NCBI GenBank assembly: GCA_964583985.1
Contig: CAZOYD010000029.1
Span: 1-39,773 of the forward strand
Reading direction: 5' to 3'
DNA length: 39,773 nucleotides
Source: an uncultured archaeon
Lineage (GTDB): Archaea; Asgardarchaeota; Lokiarchaeia; Sigyniarchaeales; SOKP01
The stretch's first letter is position 1. The number at the start of each line of letters is the position of its first letter. Shown here in pieces: positions 9,322-18,128 of the stretch. The translations under genes and the position numbers were made by a program. The notes below the pieces were generated by a model. It saw only the letters and a list, made by a program, of their open reading frames with translations, was not told where the DNA came from and made no database searches.

Positions 9322-12189
9322 TCAAGTTATCACTTCTAAATGAGTTGATACTTCACTATTGTTTATCTTAAATGTCCACATATCTCTGTTGTCATCTAGC
9401 TTATTAAAAATTGCGTCCGCTTGAACGGATTTTTGGATGTAATCTTGATACTTCGAAATCGCTTCTAAAATTTCATCGTCTTCAGCAATAAAGTATAGAT
9501 TTATTCTATTATTCGTCGATAGATTTATTTTCTTCCTATAATTATTAATATTTCGTATCAAGTTTCTAGCTATTCCTTCTAATTTCAGTTCTTTCGTGAT
9601 TTCTGTATCCAATTCTATGGATAATTCGGTCACATCTTCATTTTCAACAATGATTTCTTTCACATTTAATGCATTTGTAATTATCTCCAAAAATTCCTCT
9701 TTTAAACTTACTCCTTTCAGTGTTATCTTTTTTAATACTTGTCGCAATGGCATCTTGGCGTTTTCTCTTAATTCCAAAGATTTTTGAACAATTTCCTGTG
9801 TTAAATTCATTTTATCACGTAAGTTTGGATAGAAAAGATTTTGATCGACGCCTGGCCATAGATCCAAATGTACCGATTCGTATTTTGCGAGATTTTTTTC
9901 CCTTAATTTCTGATAAATCATTTCAGAAATGAAGGGGGTAAATGGAGCCAAAATTTTTGATAAATTATGAAGTACGTACGTCAAAGTATTCATAGCGCCT
10001 AATTTTTCTTTTAATTGATCGCTTTTAAATCTATTTCTGCTATTTTTGATGTACCACGTTGATAAATCTTCAACAAAATTAATAATTAATTTGCTTGCCT
10101 CTGCCGTCTCATAATCATCTAATTGGTGAGTCACTTCTAATGCAAGATTATTTACTAAATCTACAATCCATTTATCTAAAACATTTTCCGGTTTGGGTTT
10201 TTCTATAGATACACTGTTGATTTCAAACAAGGAATAGAAATTAAGAACATTTAATAATAACAAATTAAATCTCCGATAAAGTTGTTTAACTATTTCTTCT
10301 TTAAAGTTTAAATCCTTTGCTCGCATTAATTGAGATGCTAATAAATACATCCTTAAGGCATCAGCGCCATAAGATTCTATTATCAAAGATGGATCGGGGT
10401 AATTTTTTTTTGATTTTGACATTTTGGTACCATCTTCGGCAAGGATATTCCCATTTACTACTATATTTTTAAACGGAATTTCATCAAATATAAGAATAGA
10501 GATTACGTGCATGTAGTAAAACCAAGCTCTTACTTGTCCGATATATTCAGAAACAAAATCACTAGGAAAATTGTGTTTAAACCAATCCACATTCTCAAAA
10601 GGATAATGCTTTGCAGCATATGGCATTGAACCTGATTCGAGCCAACAGTCAAACACTTCAGGTATTCGATTCATTACATTTCCACATTCAGAGCACTTTA
10701 AATGTATATCATCTACGATGTGTCTATGCAGGTCTAAATTATCAGGAACTGCTTCGATAGCGAATTCTTGGAGTTCTTTCACAGAACCTATCACTTTAAT
10801 TGCATGACATTGCTCGCATTCCCATATTGGCATGGCAGTAGCCCAAAATCGATTTCTCGAAATACACCAATCAGGAGCATTTTCTAATATGTATTGATAC
10901 CTTTTGGAAATATCTTTAGGATACCAATTGATTTTTTCATTTGTTTTAAGAAGCTTCGATTTTATTTTTTGAATGTTTATGAACCAAGCATCAAGAGCGT
11001 TATATATCAAAGGTGTATCGCATCTATAACAAAATGGATAAGAATGCTTGTAGTCCTCTGTCAAATATGAAAGATTTCTACTATTCAAGTCTTTTAAGAC
11101 TTCTTTATCAACATTCTTAAACCATAATCCCCTCCATTCTTCTGGACCATCAGCTAGTTTTCCGTGTTCATCAATATGTTGAATTATTGGCATATCATAC
11201 TTGTTAATCATTTCATAATCAAATTCTCCATAAATTGCCATATGTACTATTCCCGTGCCTTCATCTGACAAGACTTCTTCACCTCCATCGATGACAAAAT
11301 GACCTAATTTTTCAGTCTCGGCAGAAACTTGGTATAATGGTTCGTATTGTCTATTTATTAATTCGGTTCCTTTAAATTCATCCACAATTTCATAATTCTC
11401 ACTTATTATATCTAATCGAGTTTTACTCAAAATCAAAAATTCTTTTCCTACCTTGATTTTTACATAGTCAAGTTTGCCATTTACTGCCAAAGCGACATTT
11501 CCAATTAACGTCCATGGTGTTGTGCTCCAAGCAAGCAAAAATGTATCTGAAGTACCCTTTAATTTGAATTTCACTATTACTGATTCCTCAATAACGTCTT
11601 TATAGCTATTATCCATGGAAATTTCAGAATTTGAGAGGGGTGTTTCACATCTTGGACAATATAGAAGAATCTTTTTACCTTTATACACGTGACCTTCATC
11701 ATATATCTTCTTAAATATGAACCAAATAGTTTCCATGTACGAATTATCCATTGTTTTATAAGCATTATCAAATTCAATCCATTTCCCCATCCGTTCGACC
11801 GTGTTTTTCCATTCATTCGTATACCAAAGAACTTTCGATCTGCAGAATTCGTTGAATTCACATAAACCCATTTCATATATTTCGTTCTTTTGTTTTAAAT
11901 TTAAAGCTTGTTCGCAAATACTCTCAATAGGAAGTCCATGACAATCCCAACCCCATCTTCTTTCGCAGCGATGATTTTTCATCGTCCAGTACCTTGGAAA
12001 TACGTCTTTTGTGACAAAACTTAAAATATGTCCGTAATGGGGTAAGCCCGTGGCAAATGGAGGTCCATCGTAAAATACATATGGATTAGTGCTTGGTCTA
12101 GATTCAACACTTTTTTCAAAAATTTTATTTTCTTTCCAAAACTGGATTATTTCTTCTTCTTTTTTAACATATGACATGTAATCTACCAT
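9322..12189 (-). CDS. ileS: Isoleucine--tRNA ligase, type 2 (eukaryote/IleRS2-like)
   Basis: DGPPFATGLPHYGH (HIGH), GWDCHGLPIE, WSTTPWT, DWCISRNRFW, KMSKS, YGADALR. Confidence 0.96.
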   Translation of the reverse strand: MVDYMSYVKKEEEIIQFWKENKIFEKSVESRPSTNPYVFYDGPPFATGLPHYGHILSFVTKDVFPRYWTMKNHRCERRWGWDCHGLPIESICEQALNLKQKNEIYEMGLCEFNEFCRSKVLWYTNEWKNTVERMGKWIEFDNAYKTMDNSYMETIWFIFKKIYDEGHVYKGKKILLYCPRCETPLSNSEISMDNSYKDVIEESVIVKFKLKGTSDTFLLAWSTTPWTLIGNVALAVNGKLDYVKIKVGKEFLILSKTRLDIISENYEIVDEFKGTELINRQYEPLYQVSAETEKLGHFVIDGGEEVLSDEGTGIVHMAIYGEFDYEMINKYDMPIIQHIDEHGKLADGPEEWRGLWFKNVDKEVLKDLNSRNLSYLTEDYKHSYPFCYRCDTPLIYNALDAWFINIQKIKSKLLKTNEKINWYPKDISKRYQYILENAPDWCISRNRFWATAMPIWECEQCHAIKVIGSVKELQEFAIEAVPDNLDLHRHIVDDIHLKCSECGNVMNRIPEVFDCWLESGSMPYAAKHYPFENVDWFKHNFPSDFVSEYIGQVRAWFYYMHVISILIFDEIPFKNIVVNGNILAEDGTKMSKSKKNYPDPSLIIESYGADALRMYLLASQLMRAKDLNFKEEIVKQLYRRFNLLLLNVLNFYSLFEINSVSIEKPKPENVLDKWIVDLVNNLALEVTHQLDDYETAEASKLIINFVEDLSTWYIKNSRNRFKSDQLKEKLGAMNTLTYVLHNLSKILAPFTPFISEMIYQKLREKNLAKYESVHLDLWPGVDQNLFYPNLRDKMNLTQEIVQKSLELRENAKMPLRQVLKKITLKGVSLKEEFLEIITNALNVKEIIVENEDVTELSIELDTEITKELKLEGIARNLIRNINNYRKKINLSTNNRINLYFIAEDDEILEAISKYQDYIQKSVQADAIFNKLDDNRDMWTFKINNSEVSTHLEVIT

Positions 12190-12249
12190 ATTTTGATATT
12201 TTATCTTTTTGAAATTTTATTTATTATTTACTATAAGTTCTATTTTTTA

Positions 12250-12297
12250 TTTATGAAACAGGATGTGGATAATTTCTTTCGAAATTCGTTTCATAAA
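12250..12297 (-). promoter_or_regulatory. RNA hairpin in the ileS 5' leader
   Basis: Perfect 10-bp inverted repeat (12250-12259 / 12288-12297) enclosing a 6-bp stem with a GAAA tetraloop (12271-12286) and a bulge AUCCACAUCCU. Confidence 0.65.
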
Positions 12298-12307
12298 GAA
12301 AAGAATT

Positions 12308-12382
12308 TTATCTAATAATAATTTCGGATATGATCTCTATGAAATTTGATTTTATACCTAAAAATTTAGATTTTTCATTCAT
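12308..12382 (-). CDS. Putative Ile-rich leader peptide of ileS, MNEKSKFLGIKSNFIEIISEIIIR* (24 aa)
   Basis: ATG at 12382 preceded by purine-rich GGATGTGGA; 7 Ile codons, 6 of them in the last 10 codons including ATT ATT ATT; stop is 118 nt upstream of the ileS ATG on the same strand. Confidence 0.72.
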   Translation of the reverse strand: MNEKSKFLGIKSNFIEIISEIIIR

Positions 12383-12423
12383 AACATCCACATCCGTAAT
12401 TGTATTTAAAATAAAGTAAAGAG

Positions 12424-12431
12424 TTTATAAA
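12424..12431 (-). promoter_or_regulatory. Putative TATA box for the leader-ileS transcript
   Basis: TTTATAAA about 42 nt upstream of the leader ATG, which places the TSS near 12400. The AT-rich context lowers specificity. Confidence 0.35.
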
Positions 12432-12480
12432 AATATAACGGAACTTTGGGTCGAATCAAAACTCAACTGAGTTTTATAAG

Positions 12481-12933
12481 TCACTTAAATTCTAAATATT
12501 GAAGGCGTGAGTATCCCTTTTTTATGAAATCATAATCAAGGAGCTCTATTTTTTCCGGAACTATTTTTAAAATTAGGTTTCTTTTTCCTCGTACTATTTT
12601 TTGAGCTTTTTCAAAATATTCATCTCCTTCTCTCAAAAATATCAATCTCTCTTTACCAGAAGCAGTAATTTGCATTCCTTGGATTTTCCCGGTATCCATG
12701 GGTGTATAGATTCCAATACTCACATTCGGGTTTTCTTCGATATTTCTAACCTTCCTCCCTGGAGCAGGTCCCACGTAAATATTGAAATTATCTTGAGATT
12801 TATCCATGTAAAAATCCATTGGAGTGGCACGAGGTATGTTGTCCGAACATGTGCATAAAACAATAATTTTCCTTTTCTCTAAAAAATTCCGGATTTCTTT
12901 TTTTAGCTCATCTTCAGGCATCCTAATAGACAT
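12481..12933 (-). CDS. Pyridoxamine 5'-phosphate oxidase-like (FMN/F420-binding split barrel) protein
   Basis: VLCTCSDNIPRATPM, RKVRNIEENPNVSIGI, LKIVPEKIELLDY. Confidence 0.85.
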   Translation of the reverse strand: MSIRMPEDELKKEIRNFLEKRKIIVLCTCSDNIPRATPMDFYMDKSQDNFNIYVGPAPGRKVRNIEENPNVSIGIYTPMDTGKIQGMQITASGKERLIFLREGDEYFEKAQKIVRGKRNLILKIVPEKIELLDYDFIKKGYSRLQYLEFK

Positions 12934-13025
12934 TATTATTCATATTCCTCTTATTTAATATTAAAAAAAGGTGATAGATACATAAATGTTGATATAAGCA
13001 AGTAGTGTTAAATTCCAATTTTATT

Positions 13026-14168
13026 TTAAAGATGGTTTAAATTAGATTGGGGAAATTCAGAATTATCAGCTGCAGCTTGAACATATGGTGAGATTGGTCC
13101 TCGACCTAACGCCATAATTCTAATTTTTGATCCAAGAGTTGGATTCAGTGAAGTACCAAATTTAAGAGACGCTTTTTCAGGAATTTCGTTTGAAATGGCT
13201 GAGATTATTTTATCTATTTTTGATAAAGCTAATCTATGATTTCCAGATACAGATACAATACAATTATCGACTTTTTTAGGATCAGTTTCTAATAAAGGGT
13301 TATTCAATGCGAGCCTTGCTTTTTGAATCAAATCTGTTTCTTCTCCTAATGATTCTGTAATTCCTATCAATCCAGATGGAATTTCTCCTTGTTTTTCAAG
13401 AACTCTCTTTACATCAGCATAATCGATATTAATCAAACCGCAATTGTTAATCAAACTGAGAATCTCTCTCATGCATCTTATTAATACTTCATCCATTATT
13501 TTAAAACCGGTAAGTATGGGAAGTTTTTGGTTAAATCTCAAGAGATTATCATTAGGTATAGGAATTAGTGTGTCAACGTTTTTCATAAGATTAGCTAATC
13601 CTGTTTTTGCTCTAGTAAGTCTTTCTTTCCCTTCTGAGGAAAAAGGAATTGAACAGAATGCAACTACGATAGCATTATTTTTTTTTGCTTCTCTCGCGAT
13701 TATTGGAGCAGCTCCTGTACCCGTACCTCCTCCTAAACCAAAAGTTATGAAAACCACGTCAGTATTCAATGCTTCCGATATTCTATCAGCATCTTCTTCG
13801 GCTGCTTCAGTTCCAATAGTGGGATCATTTCCTGAACCCAATCCATTACATTTATCTTTTCCAATTAATAATTTTTGTTTAGCATTCGAGTAATACAAAT
13901 CATGAGCATCGGTGTTAATGTTTAGCGTTTGTATTCCAGAAATTCCATCATCACTCATTCGTGAAACCGTATTATTACCTGCTCCACCAACTCCAACTAC
14001 TAGAGATTTTATATTTATTACTTTTAATAATTTTGATAAATATTCATCATTATCGAAATTTGAACCTCGGTTTAAACTTTGATTTTGCTTGGCAATCTCA
14101 TTAAAACGAGACCGGACTGAAATCCTAGATTCAGCGATATCACTCAAATTAAACTTTTTATCTGTCAA
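13026..14168 (-). CDS. ftsZ: Cell division protein FtsZ
   Basis: VVGVGGAGNN, INTDA, GLGSGNDP, tubulin signature GLGGGTGTG, IPNDNL, T7 loop GLINIDYADV. Confidence 0.93.
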   Translation of the reverse strand: MTDKKFNLSDIAESRISVRSRFNEIAKQNQSLNRGSNFDNDEYLSKLLKVINIKSLVVGVGGAGNNTVSRMSDDGISGIQTLNINTDAHDLYYSNAKQKLLIGKDKCNGLGSGNDPTIGTEAAEEDADRISEALNTDVVFITFGLGGGTGTGAAPIIAREAKKNNAIVVAFCSIPFSSEGKERLTRAKTGLANLMKNVDTLIPIPNDNLLRFNQKLPILTGFKIMDEVLIRCMREILSLINNCGLINIDYADVKRVLEKQGEIPSGLIGITESLGEETDLIQKARLALNNPLLETDPKKVDNCIVSVSGNHRLALSKIDKIISAISNEIPEKASLKFGTSLNPTLGSKIRIMALGRGPISPYVQAAADNSEFPQSNLNHL

Positions 14169-14383
14169 TTTGGCAGCATTCCATTAGTATAAATTGATCT
14201 ATAATATGAGTATTATATCTGAATAATATAAGGAAGTAATACGGTTGTAATATCTTCTTAATATATCATGTGATTTTCGAAGGTAATCATAATTATTCTC
14301 TTTATTCGCTTAAATATTACGACATATAATCATAGAATTAAATTTATAAGATTGAATTTTCATTATCTTCTTACGAGGATCTT

Positions 14384-14629
14384 TTGAATATAGAAACAGA
14401 ATATAATAAGGAAAGTGGTAGTCAGTCAATCGCTTCAGATTCAATTGATAATCCAATAAAAGTTAGAGCTATTATTAGCTGTCCTACTTGTACATATAAT
14501 AAAAAATTCAAAAATCAATTCTCTCGTGGAGATTTAGAGCTTATGGTAGTTACACTAAAAATCTTCGATTGGATGGTCTGTAACAAGTGTGGAGAATTAT
14601 TGAATTTAACTTTAGAATTTGATATTTAA
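14384..14629 (+). CDS. Small Zn-ribbon protein
   Basis: CPTC and CNKC pairs; GAGGA upstream of the TTG start. Confidence 0.65.
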   Translation: MNIETEYNKESGSQSIASDSIDNPIKVRAIISCPTCTYNKKFKNQFSRGDLELMVVTLKIFDWMVCNKCGELLNLTLEFDI

Positions 14630-15939
14630 TCAATTTCGAGTTTAATATGGCCATAAGTTCCCCCTCCTCCTGGTGCATATTCAATCTCTTCATTTCTCAT
14701 TGCTTTTATAACCGTTGCTAATTCACTATTTGCCTGTGCAATATTTTCTATTGGTTCATCTAATAACAATGAAAATTCTGTTCCAAATTTAGTAATTAGT
14801 GATTCATAAAGATTTATAATTGTTTTACTTGTTGAACTTTTAACTTTTTTTAAGGATCGAAGAATATCAAATAAGGGCATAGCATTAATATATGGAGGTC
14901 GATGAGGAGGATGTATTGGTTCTTTTTGCGTAGAAATCACTTCAATTCGCTCGCTTACACCTAACTTGATCTTGTAGCTTTTTTTAGTTTCAGTTTTACA
15001 AGCGGGACAGGTTTTTTTTTCTTTTGAAACATCAATAATATATTCATTCTTGACCTTTTGTGGGTTTTGTACAGAGTAGGTGATGAAATCATCTGTAACA
15101 ATATAATCATTAAGGAAAAGATCATTTTTATTGGTTGATTGTGTAAATAGAATTCTTCTCCTGCATTTATTACAAAACATTTGATAATACTTACCTAGTT
15201 TAGGATGCAATCCAACATTTAATACTATTTTTCTGTCATTTTTCCTCAAGAGTGCTAAACAAATTTCATCAAAAGATGGAGCATCAATTTCAAACTTATT
15301 AAATTCTCTACCTAAGGATCGATATCCTTCTGAATGTGCATCACTGTTACTTAGAAAACTAATATTATTTAAGGAATTCAAGCGGTCTGCTAAATCAGTA
15401 TTTGCAGATAAACCTAATTCTAAAAAGGAAACTTTCTTCCAAGCATCTTGGTAACATTCTTGAATTGTTTTATATCGATTTTGTCGAAAAATAGCTTTAA
15501 ATGGGGTAAAAGCATGAGCAGGCCCAAGCATTGCTCCCGAATCATCAATTTTGTCCACTAATGCTGGGGGAGATAAATTTACTCTTGGCCGTCCGCCCCA
15601 TTCGCCATAAATATTTTTTGAATGTGGAGCCAAGATTTTTTGAACTTCGAGCACACTTTGAAAATCAGGGAAGAGAATAACATGGTGAATATTTTCTTCA
15701 TCTTCTATTTCAGATTGCAATATAAAAGATGTACCCTTATAAGAAAAGGAATTATCTTTATTTTTGCTGAGGTTTTCTTCCATATATTTGAACCAATCAG
15801 GTTGCAATATATCCCCAGTTCCGAGGATGTGTAATCCTTTTTTTCGGCTTGTTTCAATCATCGTGTCTAAATTTAATGATTTGGAAACAGCAATGGAGTG
15901 AGGAGAGTGGATGTGGAGATCAGCATTAAAGAATTCCAT
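14626..15939 (-). CDS. PHP-domain nuclease, Endonuclease Q-like (TIGR00375-type)
   Basis: ADLHIHSPHS, GTGD, GPAHAFTP, ELGLSA, SNSDAHS, LGREFN, LGKYY..CNKC..CPAC, GVSERI, RPPY, PGGGGTYG. Confidence 0.85.
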   Translation of the reverse strand: MEFFNADLHIHSPHSIAVSKSLNLDTMIETSRKKGLHILGTGDILQPDWFKYMEENLSKNKDNSFSYKGTSFILQSEIEDEENIHHVILFPDFQSVLEVQKILAPHSKNIYGEWGGRPRVNLSPPALVDKIDDSGAMLGPAHAFTPFKAIFRQNRYKTIQECYQDAWKKVSFLELGLSANTDLADRLNSLNNISFLSNSDAHSEGYRSLGREFNKFEIDAPSFDEICLALLRKNDRKIVLNVGLHPKLGKYYQMFCNKCRRRILFTQSTNKNDLFLNDYIVTDDFITYSVQNPQKVKNEYIIDVSKEKKTCPACKTETKKSYKIKLGVSERIEVISTQKEPIHPPHRPPYINAMPLFDILRSLKKVKSSTSKTIINLYESLITKFGTEFSLLLDEPIENIAQANSELATVIKAMRNEEIEYAPGGGGTYGHIKLEID

Positions 15940-15993
15940 ATTATTTTAAAAATGCAATAGCATTTAAAGTTTAATCTAAAGTAAAAAATATCC

Positions 15994-17037
15994 TTAAGTT
16001 TCTTTTCTACAATCTTTTAAACTTTTATTAGATTCAGTTAAGTAGGTTTTTATGTCATTATCTAATGGATCCAACTCATATACTCTCTTAAAATAAGTTA
16101 ACCCTTTCTCATAATCCATATATTTATCACAATAGATTTTTCCTAATTTTTTTAAGGAGGTAATATTATCAGCATCAATTTCTAGGGCTTTTTCATAAAA
16201 TTCAATTGCCGATTCGTAATCCTCTAAAGCATAGTAACTAAAGCCAATATTGTCATATAAAACAGGATCATCGTGTTCATATGCAATTGCTTCTTCATAA
16301 GCAGAAATTGATTCTTGATATTGCTCATTGAAAGTATAAGCTAAACCTAAATTATTCCAAGCTTCGACGTACTGGGGATTAATCTTAATTGCTTGTTGAT
16401 ATGATTCAATTGCCAAAATAAAGTTTGATTGCTCATATGCGACATCTCCTAATTCACACCATAATTCAGCATTTTGGGGATCTATTTCTATTGCTTTTTT
16501 ATAGTAAAAAATCGCCTTTTCATAATTTTTATTGTCATAATAGACGAGAGCTAAATTGCTAAATAGCATAAATTCATCAGGATTAATTTTGATTGCTTTT
16601 TCATAACATTCTATTGCTTTTTCATAATTTTCTAAATCTCTATATATGAGAGCTATGTTGTTCCATATGTCTGTATAACTAGGTTCATACTCTAGGGCTT
16701 TCATGTATTTTTCTATCGCTTTTTCAAATTCTCCTTTGTCTTCATAAGCAAAACCCATGTTATAAAAAGCGATTCCATCTTCGGGATCGAGCTCAATCGC
16801 TCGTTGAAAACATTCAATTGCTTTATCATTCTCCCCTTTCATTGAATAAGCAAGCCCAAGATTATTCCAAACTTCTGGAAAATCAGGATTCAATTTTATG
16901 GCTTTATTATATGATTCTAATGCACTATTGATATCATTAGAGTCATAATATGCATCTCCTAAATTGATCCAACCATCTGCGTCATTAGGATCCAACTCGA
17001 CATGCTTTTTAAATCGTTCAATCATCAACAGATCCAA
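15994..17037 (-). CDS. Tetratricopeptide repeat protein (about 9 TPRs)
   Basis: Repeated W.NLG.AY....Y.KAI..Y.KA.E..P units of 34 aa. Confidence 0.93.
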   Translation of the reverse strand: MDLLMIERFKKHVELDPNDADGWINLGDAYYDSNDINSALESYNKAIKLNPDFPEVWNNLGLAYSMKGENDKAIECFQRAIELDPEDGIAFYNMGFAYEDKGEFEKAIEKYMKALEYEPSYTDIWNNIALIYRDLENYEKAIECYEKAIKINPDEFMLFSNLALVYYDNKNYEKAIFYYKKAIEIDPQNAELWCELGDVAYEQSNFILAIESYQQAIKINPQYVEAWNNLGLAYTFNEQYQESISAYEEAIAYEHDDPVLYDNIGFSYYALEDYESAIEFYEKALEIDADNITSLKKLGKIYCDKYMDYEKGLTYFKRVYELDPLDNDIKTYLTESNKSLKDCRKET

Positions 17038-17068
17038 TAATGATTGGTACCTATTATTTTTTTTCTTG

Positions 17069-18115
17069 CTAGTCAGTGATGATCATTTTATCAAGAGTTT
17101 GATCAATCAACAATACTCGATAAAATTCTGAATCTCGATAGGTCACTTTTTCGAGTTTTCCTTGAACCATCACTTTTTCTCCATTTTTAGCTTGTTCACA
17201 AAAACGCCCTCTATATGAATTAATTTGAGTGATAGCGTTGATCTGATTATTAATGCTTGCGTCACTCTCCAAAACTTTAGAGCATTTGATTTTATATGAA
17301 CAGGGAGTAAAAATGGAATCAATTGAATCTACTATTTCAGCTAAAAGAGATATTCGCCCCATATTTTTATATTGATAATCGTAATAAGTCCCTTCCCAAT
17401 CTTTCGGGCTTTTTATATAACGAATGAAAAAGTCTATGCCTTGAAATTTTCCTTGATGAAGTTTTCGTTGTTCGCTTTTTAGAAAGTCCTGAAATAATAT
17501 ATCTGAACCTCCTACCCGCCATTCGTAGTGTTTCTGATATTCATTTAAATTATATTTTCTGATTTGTTTGTTGTTTTTGAATAGATTTTGTAGCTTTTCT
17601 TGAAATTGTAAGCTTGCTTGAGTTCCATATAAAATAAGATCAATATCAGATTTTTTCGTATTCAAACCGATCATTGGAGAACCAGTTATTCCAATTTGGT
17701 TTTCAGGAATGCTTCCAATCTCAATAAATAATTTACACAAATATTTTGATACTTTTTCAATCTTGGTTAAATTATGTTTAGATTTAATGATGTGATAAAA
17801 ATTTCTTGGAGAATATATCATTTTGATATCTTCATTTTTTACTCCTTGAAGGTTCATGTCCATTTCTTGGGAGAAAAATGAATATTGAGGATATTTCTCA
17901 TTAATAATTGAGTATCTTCGTTGAAGATCATAAATTTTAGTGTATTTAAGCCCATCCTTGACACGATCTCCCTCAATATCAGGAATAAATCTTAAAAAAC
18001 AAATTTTTCGATCATTAGGATGATGCAAACCTTTCACATCAAAAAAAAGATGATGTCTCTTGGTTTCTATATAATCACCTTCAATTCCTATTGGAATCTC
18101 CATAAAAATCTCCAT
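17069..18115 (-). CDS. Archaeal predicted nucleotidyltransferase (Pol-beta superfamily) with C-terminal OB-like domain
   Basis: GITGS..IGL....SDIDLILYG (GS..DxD), EGDYIET..FFDVKG..HP, SYRGRFCEQA..GEKV.V.GKLE. Confidence 0.75.
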   Translation of the reverse strand: MEIFMEIPIGIEGDYIETKRHHLFFDVKGLHHPNDRKICFLRFIPDIEGDRVKDGLKYTKIYDLQRRYSIINEKYPQYSFFSQEMDMNLQGVKNEDIKMIYSPRNFYHIIKSKHNLTKIEKVSKYLCKLFIEIGSIPENQIGITGSPMIGLNTKKSDIDLILYGTQASLQFQEKLQNLFKNNKQIRKYNLNEYQKHYEWRVGGSDILFQDFLKSEQRKLHQGKFQGIDFFIRYIKSPKDWEGTYYDYQYKNMGRISLLAEIVDSIDSIFTPCSYKIKCSKVLESDASINNQINAITQINSYRGRFCEQAKNGEKVMVQGKLEKVTYRDSEFYRVLLIDQTLDKMIITD

Positions 18116-18128
18116 AATTCTTTTTAAT

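Noticed and set aside
13444-13893. 149-aa ORF antisense to ftsZ
   Set aside because: Shadow ORF fully inside a well-supported gene.
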